Source: an uncultured Chromatiales bacterium (lineage in GTDB: Bacteria; Pseudomonadota; Gammaproteobacteria; SZUA-140). Taken from it: a DNA stretch of 64,000 bases. This document shows positions 15,975 through 25,887 of the stretch, piece after piece (positions within the stretch are counted from its first letter, which is position 1; every line of letters starts with the position of its first letter). The notes under the pieces were generated by a model that had not been told where the DNA came from, ran no database searches, and saw only the letters and a program-made list of their open reading frames with translations. Where the stretch lies: positions 24,523 through 88,522 of the forward strand of contig CAYTGL010000006.1 of assembly GCA_964437335.1 (NCBI GenBank), written 5' to 3'. A program made the position numbers and the translations under genes.

Positions 15975-16817
15975 TTATTGACCTATTGCCTTCATCCTAT
16001 CATGAGCCACATGGACACCGTGGTCATAAGGCGTGCGGTTGCTGCCGGTCGCAAAGTAGGGATCCGCTACCGAGAGGTAGGCTGCGGCGTCCAGAATATC
16101 CTGATCGGATAACTTCTGGGCCACCTTCTGCATCTGCCCCATCGGATCGTTGGCCCTGCTGCCGTCGCGCCACTGCCTCAACTGGGCGACCAGGTACGTA
16201 TAGCGCTGCTGGCCGATCATCGGGTAAACCGGCGGTGCGCCGGCCCCGCCCACGCCATGGCAGGACTTGCAGGCCGGTACGCCAGGTCCCTGACTGCCGA
16301 GATCACGCGGATAGCCGTCAGTCCTGACCGGGCTGCCAAACTCGACGAGTTGACGGCCACGATAGGGCCTGCCGACCTCGACGCCGCTCGCGGCCAGCTC
16401 TTCGAGGTAGCTCTCGTTGAACAGATATGGGCTGGCAGGAAATTTGTTGGCGAGATAGGTCGCGACATCGATCCTGTCCTGAGGACTCAGCGCCGCGGCG
16501 AATGCGTTCATGACCACGCCCGCGCCCTGCGGCGTACGCTTGTTAGCGGCGAAGTCCTCGAGTTGCTTGTACAGGAACGTAAAGAACTGACCGGCAATCC
16601 GGGGAGCGCCCAACGCATCAATTCCGGTCCCGTCTTCACCGTGACAGGACAAGCAGGCTGCCGCATCGCCTTTCCCTTGTGTAAAGATTTTATGGCCATT
16701 GGCCATGTCGCCCGGCCCGAGGGAGTACAAACCCTTCGCAGCCATCGCATTACCCGTCGACAGCGCAAACCCGATCATCACCGCAATCGCTGTCAATACC
16801 AGCTTCTTGTGTCCCAT
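15975..16817 (-). CDS. Dihaem cytochrome c4-type periplasmic cytochrome
   Basis: Signal peptide, CLSCH and CKSCH, PRIAGQ...YL.KQL and QQRYTYLVAQL. Start taken at MGHKK after GGGAGGGG. Confidence 0.9.
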   Translation of the reverse strand: MGHKKLVLTAIAVMIGFALSTGNAMAAKGLYSLGPGDMANGHKIFTQGKGDAAACLSCHGEDGTGIDALGAPRIAGQFFTFLYKQLEDFAANKRTPQGAGVVMNAFAAALSPQDRIDVATYLANKFPASPYLFNESYLEELAASGVEVGRPYRGRQLVEFGSPVRTDGYPRDLGSQGPGVPACKSCHGVGGAGAPPVYPMIGQQRYTYLVAQLRQWRDGSRANDPMGQMQKVAQKLSDQDILDAAAYLSVADPYFATGSNRTPYDHGVHVAHDRMKAIGQ

Positions 16818-16918
16818 TTGCAGACCCCTCCCGCGTGTAAACTCGCCACTTTCCGTAGAGTCACCGCCGCAGTTCACTGCGATAGCTCCTCGCGAAGATT
16901 TCTATTGTTATTCAGAGC

Positions 16919-17020
16919 CTACTTCGAATTCACCCAGAGCAGCACCGCCGCCAGGGTAAACGCCAATCCGAACCAGATCGCATAGACTGTAACGACACCT
17001 GCTGTATCCAGTACAAACAT
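16919..17020 (-). CDS. 33-aa single-TM micro-protein (MFVLDTAGVVTVYAIWFGLAFTLAAVLLWVNSK)
   Basis: GGGAGGT RBS, downstream of an extended -10 element, upstream of c4. Confidence 0.65.
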   Translation of the reverse strand: MFVLDTAGVVTVYAIWFGLAFTLAAVLLWVNSK

Positions 17021-17081
17021 TGCACACCTCCCGTCTTCTCTGTCCAGCGGGTGCCCCGCCATTATTTTATTGACCCGGCCC

Positions 17082-17090
17082 AGTATAGCA
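17082..17090 (-). promoter_or_regulatory. Extended -10 element (TGcTATACT)
   Basis: Minus-strand ttgctatact about 60 nt upstream of the 33-aa ORF. Confidence 0.45.
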
Positions 17091-17122
17091 AGACCGCGAT
17101 TGACGCAACAATTCCTGATTCT

Positions 17123-17158
17123 GATGCCGTTCGTGCTCAGGATGCCGTTTGTGCTCAG
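17123..17158. repeat. 18-bp tandem direct repeat
   Basis: gatgccgttcgtgctcag followed by gatgccgtttgtgctcag (one mismatch). Confidence 0.8.
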
Positions 17159-17681
17159 ACTGTCAGATATTATTCTTGATAGTAGGACTACAGAGATTGG
17201 GTGTTATTTAACATGACTCGAAATCGCAATGCAAGACTTGTATGAGTCGCGCGCGCAATCGGTCCCCCGTCCCGGAGGCCGGCCCTGCTGCGCGTGGCGC
17301 TGGTTTCCGCCGTCTCGTGCCCCGGAAAATGCGAACATCCTAAATTTACAGGGAAAATCGGGTACCGGGCAATGGCGCAGGGCCTCGGCGCGCATCGGAT
17401 GACGCACAACGCACCCCCGTCACCGGTGTTCCTTCTGGACCGGGCGTCACTGCTGGTGCATTATGTGCGCTGCGCGCGCCGTGGTGAAGCGAAATCGGCG
17501 GTTCAGCAGGTCGCGGCAAGCTGCGGTGTCCGCTCCGGGTATCCGTATACCATCCTGTCATTCGTGCAACGACCGGCCTCTGTGCAAGGCGGCAAATCGC
17601 GCGGCGCCAAGCCGGCACGCAGGCGTCCGGCGCATGACAGGATATACGGCCGGACAATGACGGAAAGATGATCCGGAACGC

Positions 17682-19175
17682 ATGATGCAATCGGTCAATT
17701 CACACGCAATCAACTATTTCGAACGGTACTGGGGCATTCTCGTCCTTCTGCTATGGGGCGCCTGCCTGCTCGTCTTCGAAGTCATCCGCCCCGATCGCTA
17801 TGGCATCGATGAAGGCGCCGCCCGCGCCCTGATCCTGAACTGGGCCGTGTTCGACCGGGTCCTGAATCCGCTGATCACGCTTGGTATCCCCGATTTCCGC
17901 GCGATGCTGTTCATTCCACTCGGGGCCTACTGGTCGGGCAACCTCCTCGCGGCAAAGATCTTCACGATGCTGATGGCCTTCGTCGCGGTCACGCTGCTGT
18001 ATCGCTGGAGCAGGCACACCGCCGATAGCGAAACCGCGCTGATCGCCGGCGGCCTGTTGCTGATCTTCCCGCTGTTCATCAACCAGGTCGACTCGATCGC
18101 CGCGGGCGCCTATCTGCTGTTGACCTTCACGGTCGGCGCGTGGATCTCGCGGAAGCATGACGACGCGCCGCGTCCGCTCAGTACCTGGTTCTTTATCATG
18201 ATGATCTGGGTGCTGATCACGATCACCATCCACCCGCTCGGGCTCGCTTACCCGGCGGCGCTCGCATGGTACTGGCATAACAAGGAAATCGCCGACCTGC
18301 GCCGCAAGAAATACCTGTATATCGGGCTTGCGCTGATCGTCTCGATCACGACCGCGATGCGCGGCGGCTGGCAGTCCACCGAATGGCTGCAAAATCCGTT
18401 TTTCACACTGGGCCAGTCGTGGCACGCGCTGACCGGAGTCAGCGGAGAACCCGGCATGCTCGTGGCCACGCTGCTGACTCTCGCATTGCTCGTAATCGCC
18501 TGGGTCGACCGGCGATTCCTGACGACCGACCTGCTCGGTACGACGCTGCTGTTCGGCGTCATCATCGGGCTTGCCGCGGCTGACCCCGCATGGGCGTTGA
18601 TCGCGGTCACACTGGTCCTGTTCCGCGGCGCCTATCACCTGGTACGGCTCAACACCTTGATGGCTGCGGGAGGGAGAGGACTGCTGCGCAACCGGGCGCT
18701 CGTACTGAGCGTGTTCTTCCTGATCTCGATCAGCTCGATGATTTCCGACAAGGCGCGGGTTCAGGCGATCCAGGCCGGCGAGATGAGCCCGCAGGACGAA
18801 CTGATCCGCATCATCGCACAGGAAGTAGCGGACAATCTCGAGGCCACGGAAAAACTGAGGATCGCCAGCCAGTGGCCGGGACGCACGATGATCGCGACCC
18901 GGCTCGATACCTTCCAGCTTCCGCCCGATACCGAGCAGACCAACATGGAGTTCCTCGCGTCGCTGAGCGGCATCACCCATCTGATCTTCGACCCGACCGA
19001 CCCGCAAAATGCCTTCCTGGTCAGGCGCGTCTCGGAATTGACCGGTGTCACCCAGACCCTCGACGTCAACGAGGGCGGCGTCCTCCTCCAGATCATGGCC
19101 TGGGATGCGGAGGATCTGGCAGACCTGCCCGCCGGCGACAGTTTAATGGGGTCTGACCCCATTAATCTTTATTAA
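17682..19175 (+). CDS. Multi-TM hypothetical protein, possibly GT-C-like
   Basis: 497 aa, about 11-12 TM helices, an acidic DE pair in the first periplasmic loop (RYGIDEG) and a soluble C-terminal domain. Confidence 0.7.
   Translation: MMQSVNSHAINYFERYWGILVLLLWGACLLVFEVIRPDRYGIDEGAARALILNWAVFDRVLNPLITLGIPDFRAMLFIPLGAYWSGNLLAAKIFTMLMAFVAVTLLYRWSRHTADSETALIAGGLLLIFPLFINQVDSIAAGAYLLLTFTVGAWISRKHDDAPRPLSTWFFIMMIWVLITITIHPLGLAYPAALAWYWHNKEIADLRRKKYLYIGLALIVSITTAMRGGWQSTEWLQNPFFTLGQSWHALTGVSGEPGMLVATLLTLALLVIAWVDRRFLTTDLLGTTLLFGVIIGLAAADPAWALIAVTLVLFRGAYHLVRLNTLMAAGGRGLLRNRALVLSVFFLISISSMISDKARVQAIQAGEMSPQDELIRIIAQEVADNLEATEKLRIASQWPGRTMIATRLDTFQLPPDTEQTNMEFLASLSGITHLIFDPTDPQNAFLVRRVSELTGVTQTLDVNEGGVLLQIMAWDAEDLADLPAGDSLMGSDPINLY
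19143..19165. repeat. REP-like palindrome TTAATGGGGTC-T-GACCCCATTAA
   Basis: Perfect 11-bp inverted repeat at a convergent junction with mutM. Confidence 0.8.
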
Positions 19176-19176
19176 A

Positions 19177-19992
19177 CTAGCGCTGGCAAGCAGCGCAGTA
19201 CCAGGTCGCGCGCTGCGCTTGCCGGATACTTCTGATGGTCGCGCCGCAGCCCGTGCACGGCAGTCCGTCCCGCCCGTAGACCTTGAGTTGCTGCTCGAAC
19301 CACCCCTTGCGTCCCTGTTCATCATGGAAATCGCGCAGGGTCGTGCCGCCCTGCCGGATCGCATCGGCGAGTACCTGCCGGATCGCATCGGCAACGCGAT
19401 CGTAGCGCGGCGCGGATATCCGCCCGGCCTGGCGCAGCGGACGGACGCCGGCGATCCACAGCGCCTCGTTCGCATAGATGTTACCGACGCCGGCGACCGT
19501 CGCGGCGTCCATCAGGAAGGGCTTGATTGCGGTCGTTCTGCCGCGTGATCGCATATGAAGCCAGGCGCCGGTGAAGGCCTCACTGAACGGTTCCGGCCCG
19601 ATGTTCCTAAGCAGTTCATGACGCAGCGGGTCACCGGTGGTCCATACCGCAAGTCCGAAGCGGCGCGGATCCCGGTAACGCAGGACGACGCCGTCCGTGA
19701 GCACGATATCGAAGTGCTCATGTCTGTCCGGAGTGGCGCCGGTTCGCACGAGGCGCAGGCTGCCAGACATGCCGAGATGCAGGATCACGGTCCCGGCATG
19801 AGTCCGCAACAGCAGGTACTTGGCCCGGCGCTCGACCGCCTCGATCGTCTGACCCGGCAGTCCGCGATCGAGCCGGCGCGACAGCGGCAGGCGCAGGCGG
19901 CGTTCGCGCACGACGAGCGCCGCGACCTTGCGGCCGGTCAGTGCCGGCGCGATGCCGCGGCGCGCGGTCTCGACTTCAGGCAGTTCGGGCAT
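19177..19992 (-). CDS. mutM: Formamidopyrimidine-DNA glycosylase
   Basis: [22 protein letters not shown] and a C-terminal zinc finger. Confidence 0.98.
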   Translation of the reverse strand: MPELPEVETARRGIAPALTGRKVAALVVRERRLRLPLSRRLDRGLPGQTIEAVERRAKYLLLRTHAGTVILHLGMSGSLRLVRTGATPDRHEHFDIVLTDGVVLRYRDPRRFGLAVWTTGDPLRHELLRNIGPEPFSEAFTGAWLHMRSRGRTTAIKPFLMDAATVAGVGNIYANEALWIAGVRPLRQAGRISAPRYDRVADAIRQVLADAIRQGGTTLRDFHDEQGRKGWFEQQLKVYGRDGLPCTGCGATIRSIRQAQRATWYCAACQR

Positions 19993-20007
19993 ATTCAGGC
20001 ATCGCCG

Positions 20008-20871
20008 TCATCGCAACAGCGCGTCCGGGTCCGGCGTCGGCTTCAGCATCCGACTGCCCTGATCCGAGCCCAGATGATAGACGAGCCCGGCCTCGGGTAG
20101 CGCCAGCACGAGATCGGCTTCCGATTCAATGATGTGATACTCGAGCGGCTGCCCGCTGCCCTGCAAGGTTATGCTGATCTTCCCCTGCGCCACATCGCCG
20201 TCGTAAGGTTGAACGAGAAGCGCGTTGGCATGAGTCCATGCATCGACGATCTGGTTCAGTGCATCCATCGAAATCTCCCGCTCCGGTTCGATCCTCCAGC
20301 GGCCCTGCGCATCCTGCTCGATCGTGAAATCCGGCAGCACCAGTCTGACAGGATGGCTTCCTGCGGGCAGCAGGCGGTTCGACACGAACGACGCGGGACC
20401 GAGCTCCAGGCGATCCAGGTAATTGTCATCGACCAGGTGGACGATATTGCCGACCTGCACATAACGCCGGTGATCAATCGGTTCGGTGTCACCAAAGGCG
20501 ATGTCAACAGTGCCGATGCGCAATACCGCGCGTGGCGGGTCGAGACCAAATCCGGCCAGTTCACCGGGCGCGGCCGCGAAGCGCGCATGGCTGGTTGCGT
20601 TGACAATCTGCAGTAGCGGCTCGATCCTGAATTCGTTGGCCGGCGCCTGCAACGGCGCCGACAGGCGCCACTGGCTGTGTTCGCCGCGCTCGAGGACGAT
20701 CTCGTCGTGACCGCTCCGCTGAATCATGATCCGCGCGATTTCTTCCACCGCGAGGGCGGTAAGCCGGGTGGAACCCGCATCCCGGTCGATGCCAGGCTCG
20801 AGCCAGACGACCAGAACCAGCGCCGCCACCATGACGGCAAGCCCCAGATTGAGCAAAAGACGCTTCAGCAT
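20008..20871 (-). CDS. DUF4340-like protein of the Gld-type ABC operon
   Basis: N-terminal TM helix, W.L.AP...PA and FGLDPP; last gene of the operon. Confidence 0.8.
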   Translation of the reverse strand: MLKRLLLNLGLAVMVAALVLVVWLEPGIDRDAGSTRLTALAVEEIARIMIQRSGHDEIVLERGEHSQWRLSAPLQAPANEFRIEPLLQIVNATSHARFAAAPGELAGFGLDPPRAVLRIGTVDIAFGDTEPIDHRRYVQVGNIVHLVDDNYLDRLELGPASFVSNRLLPAGSHPVRLVLPDFTIEQDAQGRWRIEPEREISMDALNQIVDAWTHANALLVQPYDGDVAQGKISITLQGSGQPLEYHIIESEADLVLALPEAGLVYHLGSDQGSRMLKPTPDPDALLR

Positions 20872-20877
20872 GCCGCA

Positions 20878-22251
20878 TCAGCGCCGGCGGCGCCGGAACC
20901 AGATCACCAGGCCGCTGGCGAGCAGGGCGGCCGGCAGCACCAGCAGGAAACCGAAACCGATGACGGCAGTCGTCAGCGGCGTGAATTCCAGTGACAGGTC
21001 AGGAGCGGTGCGCGCCGGGATATCGATGAAGCGGTCGTCACTGGCGAGCCAGTTCGCAATGTTGAATCCGAGCTGCAGGTTGCCGCCCAGACCGAGGAAA
21101 CCGTTCGACAGGAAATCGCTGTCGGCGACGACGAAAATACGCTGTGTCCGCGCTTCCGGAGCAGCATCGATCTTGCGCGTCAGCGCGACACCGAGGGTCA
21201 GCGGCCCCGGGATATCCACGCCTTCGTCAAAGGTTACCGTCCCCATGACTTCACCGCTTTCGAGCCAGGTTCCCGACAGCGTCCGCAGGACCGGGGCGGT
21301 CTCCCAGATGACAGGAGATCCGATCGTGATCGCGCCGGCGACCGGAAACAGCGTATTGCGATCGAATCCACGCGTCAGTTCATGCAGCGGGTAGTTCGCG
21401 ACCAGCGTAACGCGAGGATCATCGATGCCGAACAGCATCGAGCCGACCTGTGACACCGTCGGATCGACGACGACGCCCTGTTCGAAGCGGATGCCCAGGT
21501 ATTCAGCGAGCGGCTCGAGCCCGTGCAGGCCATCCCCGGGTTCGGCCAGCCACAGCAGATTCCCGCCGCGCTCGACATGCTCGCTGATGATCGCGACCTC
21601 ACCGGGCATCAGTACGGATTGCGGGGCGGCGATCACCAGCGCAATCGCCTCCGGCAGGATCGCGGGCGCTTCGACGAGATTGATTCGGGCGGCGTCTATG
21701 CCCTTGCTTCGCAATTGTTCGGTCCACACCTGGTAATCCTGATCGGCGCGGCCGTCCGGGTTCCGCTCGCCGTGACCGGCAAGGAACAGCAGCCGGCGGT
21801 CACCGCCCCGCGCAAGACGCTGCAGCGCGTTCGTCAGGCCGCTTTCAGAGACGTCGCGCAGGCGCTCCTCGTGATTCAGAAAGGCGATGACCAGTTCGCC
21901 GTCGGCGATGCCGAGCTCGCGCGCGCGCTGCGGCTCGCGATCGGGATTAATGAATTCCAGCCGGATATCCGCTTTGTGGCGCTGGTAGCGCGCGACGAGG
22001 TCTCCGATATTCCTGCGCAGCAACGGCGGCGCCTCGCGCGCCCATGCGGTAATCCGCACTTCCTCCGGCATCTCGCGCAATAGCGCGATACTGGCCTCCG
22101 ACAGCGTGTTGCGACCGCTTGCGGTCCAGTCCGCCTCGTAGGCATAGCGCGTGCTGAGCCAGCCGAGCAAGCCGATGACAACAAGGAAAAGCAGCACGAA
22201 CAGCAGCGTCTGCAGCCGCAACATGCGTCGTGTACGAGTCGTCACCTTCAT
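20878..22251 (-). CDS. GldG-family ABC auxiliary component
   Basis: D.TASGRNTLS, FLAGHGER, VVADSDFLSN and a C-terminal TM helix with WFRRRR. Confidence 0.9.
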   Translation of the reverse strand: MKVTTRTRRMLRLQTLLFVLLFLVVIGLLGWLSTRYAYEADWTASGRNTLSEASIALLREMPEEVRITAWAREAPPLLRRNIGDLVARYQRHKADIRLEFINPDREPQRARELGIADGELVIAFLNHEERLRDVSESGLTNALQRLARGGDRRLLFLAGHGERNPDGRADQDYQVWTEQLRSKGIDAARINLVEAPAILPEAIALVIAAPQSVLMPGEVAIISEHVERGGNLLWLAEPGDGLHGLEPLAEYLGIRFEQGVVVDPTVSQVGSMLFGIDDPRVTLVANYPLHELTRGFDRNTLFPVAGAITIGSPVIWETAPVLRTLSGTWLESGEVMGTVTFDEGVDIPGPLTLGVALTRKIDAAPEARTQRIFVVADSDFLSNGFLGLGGNLQLGFNIANWLASDDRFIDIPARTAPDLSLEFTPLTTAVIGFGFLLVLPAALLASGLVIWFRRRRR

Positions 22252-22255
22252 CGTA

Positions 22256-23011
22256 TCAATGTTGCAGGCGATAGGAATCGAGGCGTCTTATGCTGAGCAC
22301 CAGAAAAGTCACGACTATCAGCAGATAGTAGATCACGTCGGCGCTGCTGAAGGCTCCGCGCAACAGTGGTTCGTAATGACGCAGCATCGACAGGTAAGTC
22401 AGCGTGCTGTCTTCGCGATCCGCCGCGCCGGTGCCCCAGTCGATGATCCACAGCAGCAACAGCGCCCCGAATCCTGCAACCGCGGCGATCGTCGGCTGGC
22501 TGGTCAGTGTCGACATGAACAGCCCGACCGCAGCGAAGGCGGCGAGCAGCAGGAACAGGCCGAGCAGGCCGGACGCGACCAGGCCGGGATCCAGCGCGCC
22601 GGCCAGCAACAGTGACAAGGGCATCAACGCGATCAGAACCAGCAGCAGAAACAGGAAGCCGAGCACGCCGAGATATTTACCGAGGACAATCTCGGTCATC
22701 GAGATCGGCGCCGAGAACAACAGCGAAAGGGTGCGATTGCGCAACTCGTCGCTGACCAGGCGCATCGTGACCAGCGGGACGATCAGCAGCAGGATGAAAG
22801 CCGCGTTGCCGAACAGCGGCGCGATGACCAGTTCGGTGACCCCCGGCGCGCCGGGCATACCGCTCAGCCGGGCCTGGATCTGCAGGAAGAAATCGACCTG
22901 TGACGAGAATATCCAGGCGAGCACGACCTGCATCACCGCGAGCAGCGTCCACGCCAGCGGCGACAGAAACAGGCTGCGCAACTCGCGGCCGGCAATCGCC
23001 AGGATCATCAC
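22256..23011 (-). CDS. ABC-2 permease (GldF-like)
   Basis: IAGRELRSLFLSPLAW, TMRLVSDE...T..LL and IVLGKYLG. Confidence 0.9.
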   Translation of the reverse strand: MMILAIAGRELRSLFLSPLAWTLLAVMQVVLAWIFSSQVDFFLQIQARLSGMPGAPGVTELVIAPLFGNAAFILLLIVPLVTMRLVSDELRNRTLSLLFSAPISMTEIVLGKYLGVLGFLFLLLVLIALMPLSLLLAGALDPGLVASGLLGLFLLLAAFAAVGLFMSTLTSQPTIAAVAGFGALLLLWIIDWGTGAADREDSTLTYLSMLRHYEPLLRGAFSSADVIYYLLIVVTFLVLSIRRLDSYRLQH

Positions 23012-23982
23012 GCCGCGACCTCCGAATGATTGCCCTGTCCCGCCGCCATGGTTTCATCGCTGCGGGTGATATCGACGAAGATCTCCTCCAGCGACCTGCG
23101 TTCCTGGGTCGCTTCACAGAGGCGCCAGCCCCTCGCGACCGACGCTTCAATAAGACGCTCCGCGGTGTCATCGGCGTCCGGCATATACTGCAGGCGAAAG
23201 TGGCCGTCACCGAGATCGTCGACCGCGGCAATGCCCGCGAGGGCCTCGAGCTCGGCACGCGGCGGCGGATTGCGAAATCTGACCGAAAGGCAGGACACGA
23301 TCATCTGGCGTTGCAGGCCCTCGATGGTGTCATTGAACACCAGGGCGCCGCGGTGGATGATCTGCACACGGTCGCACACCGCCTGCACTTCCGGCAGTAT
23401 GTGCGTCGACAGGATAACACTGTGGTCGCCGCCGAGTTCGCGGATCAGGCTGCGTATCTCCCGGATCTGAATCGGATCGAGCCCGACCGTAGGCTCGTCG
23501 AGGATCACGACTGCCGGGTTATGGATGATCGCCTGGGCGATACCGACACGCTGCTGAAATCCCTTCGAGAGATTGCCGATCAGGCGGCGCCCGACGTCGC
23601 CGAGACCGCATCGTTCCTTTGCGCGTTCAACCGCCGCTCGTAACCGGTCGCGTGGAATCCGATTCAGTCGCGCGCAGTAGCGCAGGTACTCATCGACGGT
23701 CAACTCGCGATACAACGGGGGTTGCTCCGGCAGATAGCCGAGATGCGACTTTGCCGCCGCGGGTTCATCAAGGATATCGCTGCCGTTGATCAGCACGCGT
23801 CCGGCGCTCGGGGCCAGATTGCCGCTGATGATCTGCATCGTCGACGATTTTCCTGCCCCGTTCGGCCCCAGAAAACCCAGCACCTCTCCTCGCCCGATCT
23901 CAAAGCTGATATCGTTGACGGCGCACAAATGACCGTAGTATCGGTACAGGTGCTCTACCTGTACCAGGCTGTCCCTGTTCAT
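23008..23982 (-). CDS. ABC transporter ATPase (GldA-like)
   Basis: GPNGAGKS, LSKGFQQR and ILDEPTVGLDP. Confidence 0.95.
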   Translation of the reverse strand: MNRDSLVQVEHLYRYYGHLCAVNDISFEIGRGEVLGFLGPNGAGKSSTMQIISGNLAPSAGRVLINGSDILDEPAAAKSHLGYLPEQPPLYRELTVDEYLRYCARLNRIPRDRLRAAVERAKERCGLGDVGRRLIGNLSKGFQQRVGIAQAIIHNPAVVILDEPTVGLDPIQIREIRSLIRELGGDHSVILSTHILPEVQAVCDRVQIIHRGALVFNDTIEGLQRQMIVSCLSVRFRNPPPRAELEALAGIAAVDDLGDGHFRLQYMPDADDTAERLIEASVARGWRLCEATQERRSLEEIFVDITRSDETMAAGQGNHSEVAA

Positions 23983-24102
23983 GGGCGATCATTATACGCG
24001 GATTTTTTTTCAGCGATGGGAATGTATAACCGGAGTCCGGGTCCGCCGACTGCGGGCGCCAGAGATGGTGATGCCACGCCGATCGCTTCGGCAATCTCCC
24101 GC

Positions 24103-25845
24103 TTACGGCAGGCGATTGATGGCCTCGAGCGCGGCGCTGATCCGTTCCGTGCTTTCCATACGCAGGATGCGTCTCGCCTCGGGAACGAGGGCGGACAGGT
24201 CGCTGTTGGCGATGACCTGCTTGACTTCGAGCAGCGTAGCCGGATACATGCTGAACTCACGCAGCCCCATTCCCAGCAACAGCCGGGTATAGCGCGGCTC
24301 ACCCGCCATCTCGCCACACATCCCGACCGGAATCCCGGCACGGCGCCCGGCATTGATCGTCATCTGGATGAGCCGGAGTATCGCCGGATGCAGCGGGTCA
24401 TACAGGTAATTGACCTCCTCGTCACGGCGATCGACGGCCAGCGTATACTGGATCAGGTCATTGGTGCCGATCGATAGAAAATCGAGGCGACGGGTAAACG
24501 TCCCTGCAGCCAGCGCAGCGGCCGGCACCTCGATCATCGCGCCAATCCGGATACCGGGATCGAAATCGACGCCGTTGCGCGCGAGCAACGCCTTCTCCTC
24601 GTCGATCAGGCGCAACACCTGCAGCAATTCGCCCTCGCTGGAGAGCATCGGGATCATCATGCGCACCGGGCCCAGTGCCGACGCCCGGAGAATCGCGCGC
24701 AGCTGCGGCGAGAACAGCGCGGGGTCCTTGAGACTCCAGCGTATCGCGCGCAGACCCATCGCGGGATTCATGCCATTAGCGCTTTCGCGGCCGTGTTTCC
24801 CCAGGCACTTGTCGGCGCCGAGATCCAGAGTGCGTATCGTGACGGGCGCGCCGCTCATCTCGAGAACGGCGCGCGTATAAGCCTCATATTGCTCCTCCTC
24901 GTCCGGCAGTATCTCGCGGTTTATGAACAGCATCTCTGTACGAAACAACCCGACGCCGGAAGCGCCGACCCGCCTGCTTGTAGCGAAATCCTCTTCAATC
25001 TCGACATTGGCCATCAGCGTGATCGCCTGGCCGTCGCGCGTGACCGCGGGTTGCTTGCTGGTTTTGTTCAGCCCGGCAAGGTAGCGTTTCTCCTCGCGCT
25101 GGCTGTCGCGGAAGAACTCCAGCTCGGGCGCACCGGGCGCCGCGATCACGATGCCCTGCCGGGCATTGATGATGACCATTTCGTCCTGGCGCAGAAAATT
25201 CCGCGCATGATGCACGCCGGCAATCGCCGGTATCCCCAGACTGCGGGCCAGGATTGCGGTATGCGAGTTCGCGCCGCCGTACTCCGTCACGAAGGCTGCG
25301 ACGCCCTGCTGCTGCATGTGCAGCGTCTCGGCAGGAGACAGATCGTCGGCGATCAGGATCGCGCCACGCAGATTGTAGTTATGAACTTCAGTACGGAAAT
25401 CGCAATGTCCCTGGAGGTTGCGCTGGATACGGTTGACGACATGGTCGATATCATCCTTGCGTGCGCGCAGATAGGCATCGTCCAGTTCCTCGAAAACCCG
25501 CACCAGCGCGTCGCGCTGCTGTTTTAGCGCCCATTCGGCGTTGCACTGGCGGGATTCAATGATACTGATCGGCCCCTCCAGGATGACGCTGTCATCGAGC
25601 ATGAGCAAATGGGTATCAATGAAGAAGGCGACTTCTTCCGGAGTATCTCCGGGGATGCGGTTGCGAATCGCCCTGACTTGCTGCTTGGCCTTGCGCAGAG
25701 CGGTCCTGAAGCGGGCGATTTCCTCGTGCAGCAGGGGTCTCGGGATCGTGTACTCAGTGACGTTGATCTCGTCACGCTTGAGGATCGCCGCCTTGCCTAT
25801 GACAACGCCTCTGGATACGCTTATTCCGGTCAGTATCAGGGTCAT
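24103..25845 (-). CDS. ptsI: Phosphoenolpyruvate-protein phosphotransferase (PTS enzyme I)
   Basis: GGANSHTAILARS, GVGLFRTE, RTLDLGADK, SIGTNDLIQY and GMCGEMAG. Confidence 0.97.
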   Translation of the reverse strand: MTLILTGISVSRGVVIGKAAILKRDEINVTEYTIPRPLLHEEIARFRTALRKAKQQVRAIRNRIPGDTPEEVAFFIDTHLLMLDDSVILEGPISIIESRQCNAEWALKQQRDALVRVFEELDDAYLRARKDDIDHVVNRIQRNLQGHCDFRTEVHNYNLRGAILIADDLSPAETLHMQQQGVAAFVTEYGGANSHTAILARSLGIPAIAGVHHARNFLRQDEMVIINARQGIVIAAPGAPELEFFRDSQREEKRYLAGLNKTSKQPAVTRDGQAITLMANVEIEEDFATSRRVGASGVGLFRTEMLFINREILPDEEEQYEAYTRAVLEMSGAPVTIRTLDLGADKCLGKHGRESANGMNPAMGLRAIRWSLKDPALFSPQLRAILRASALGPVRMMIPMLSSEGELLQVLRLIDEEKALLARNGVDFDPGIRIGAMIEVPAAALAAGTFTRRLDFLSIGTNDLIQYTLAVDRRDEEVNYLYDPLHPAILRLIQMTINAGRRAGIPVGMCGEMAGEPRYTRLLLGMGLREFSMYPATLLEVKQVIANSDLSALVPEARRILRMESTERISAALEAINRLP

Positions 25846-25887
25846 GGGCCATAGAACTCCCCGGTCAGGCGTATGTTCCCTATTCGG

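Noticed and set aside
17294-17690. Several 65-125-aa ORFs in the intergenic region
   Set aside because: They are Arg/Pro/Ala-rich, mutually overlapping and lack an RBS or motifs.
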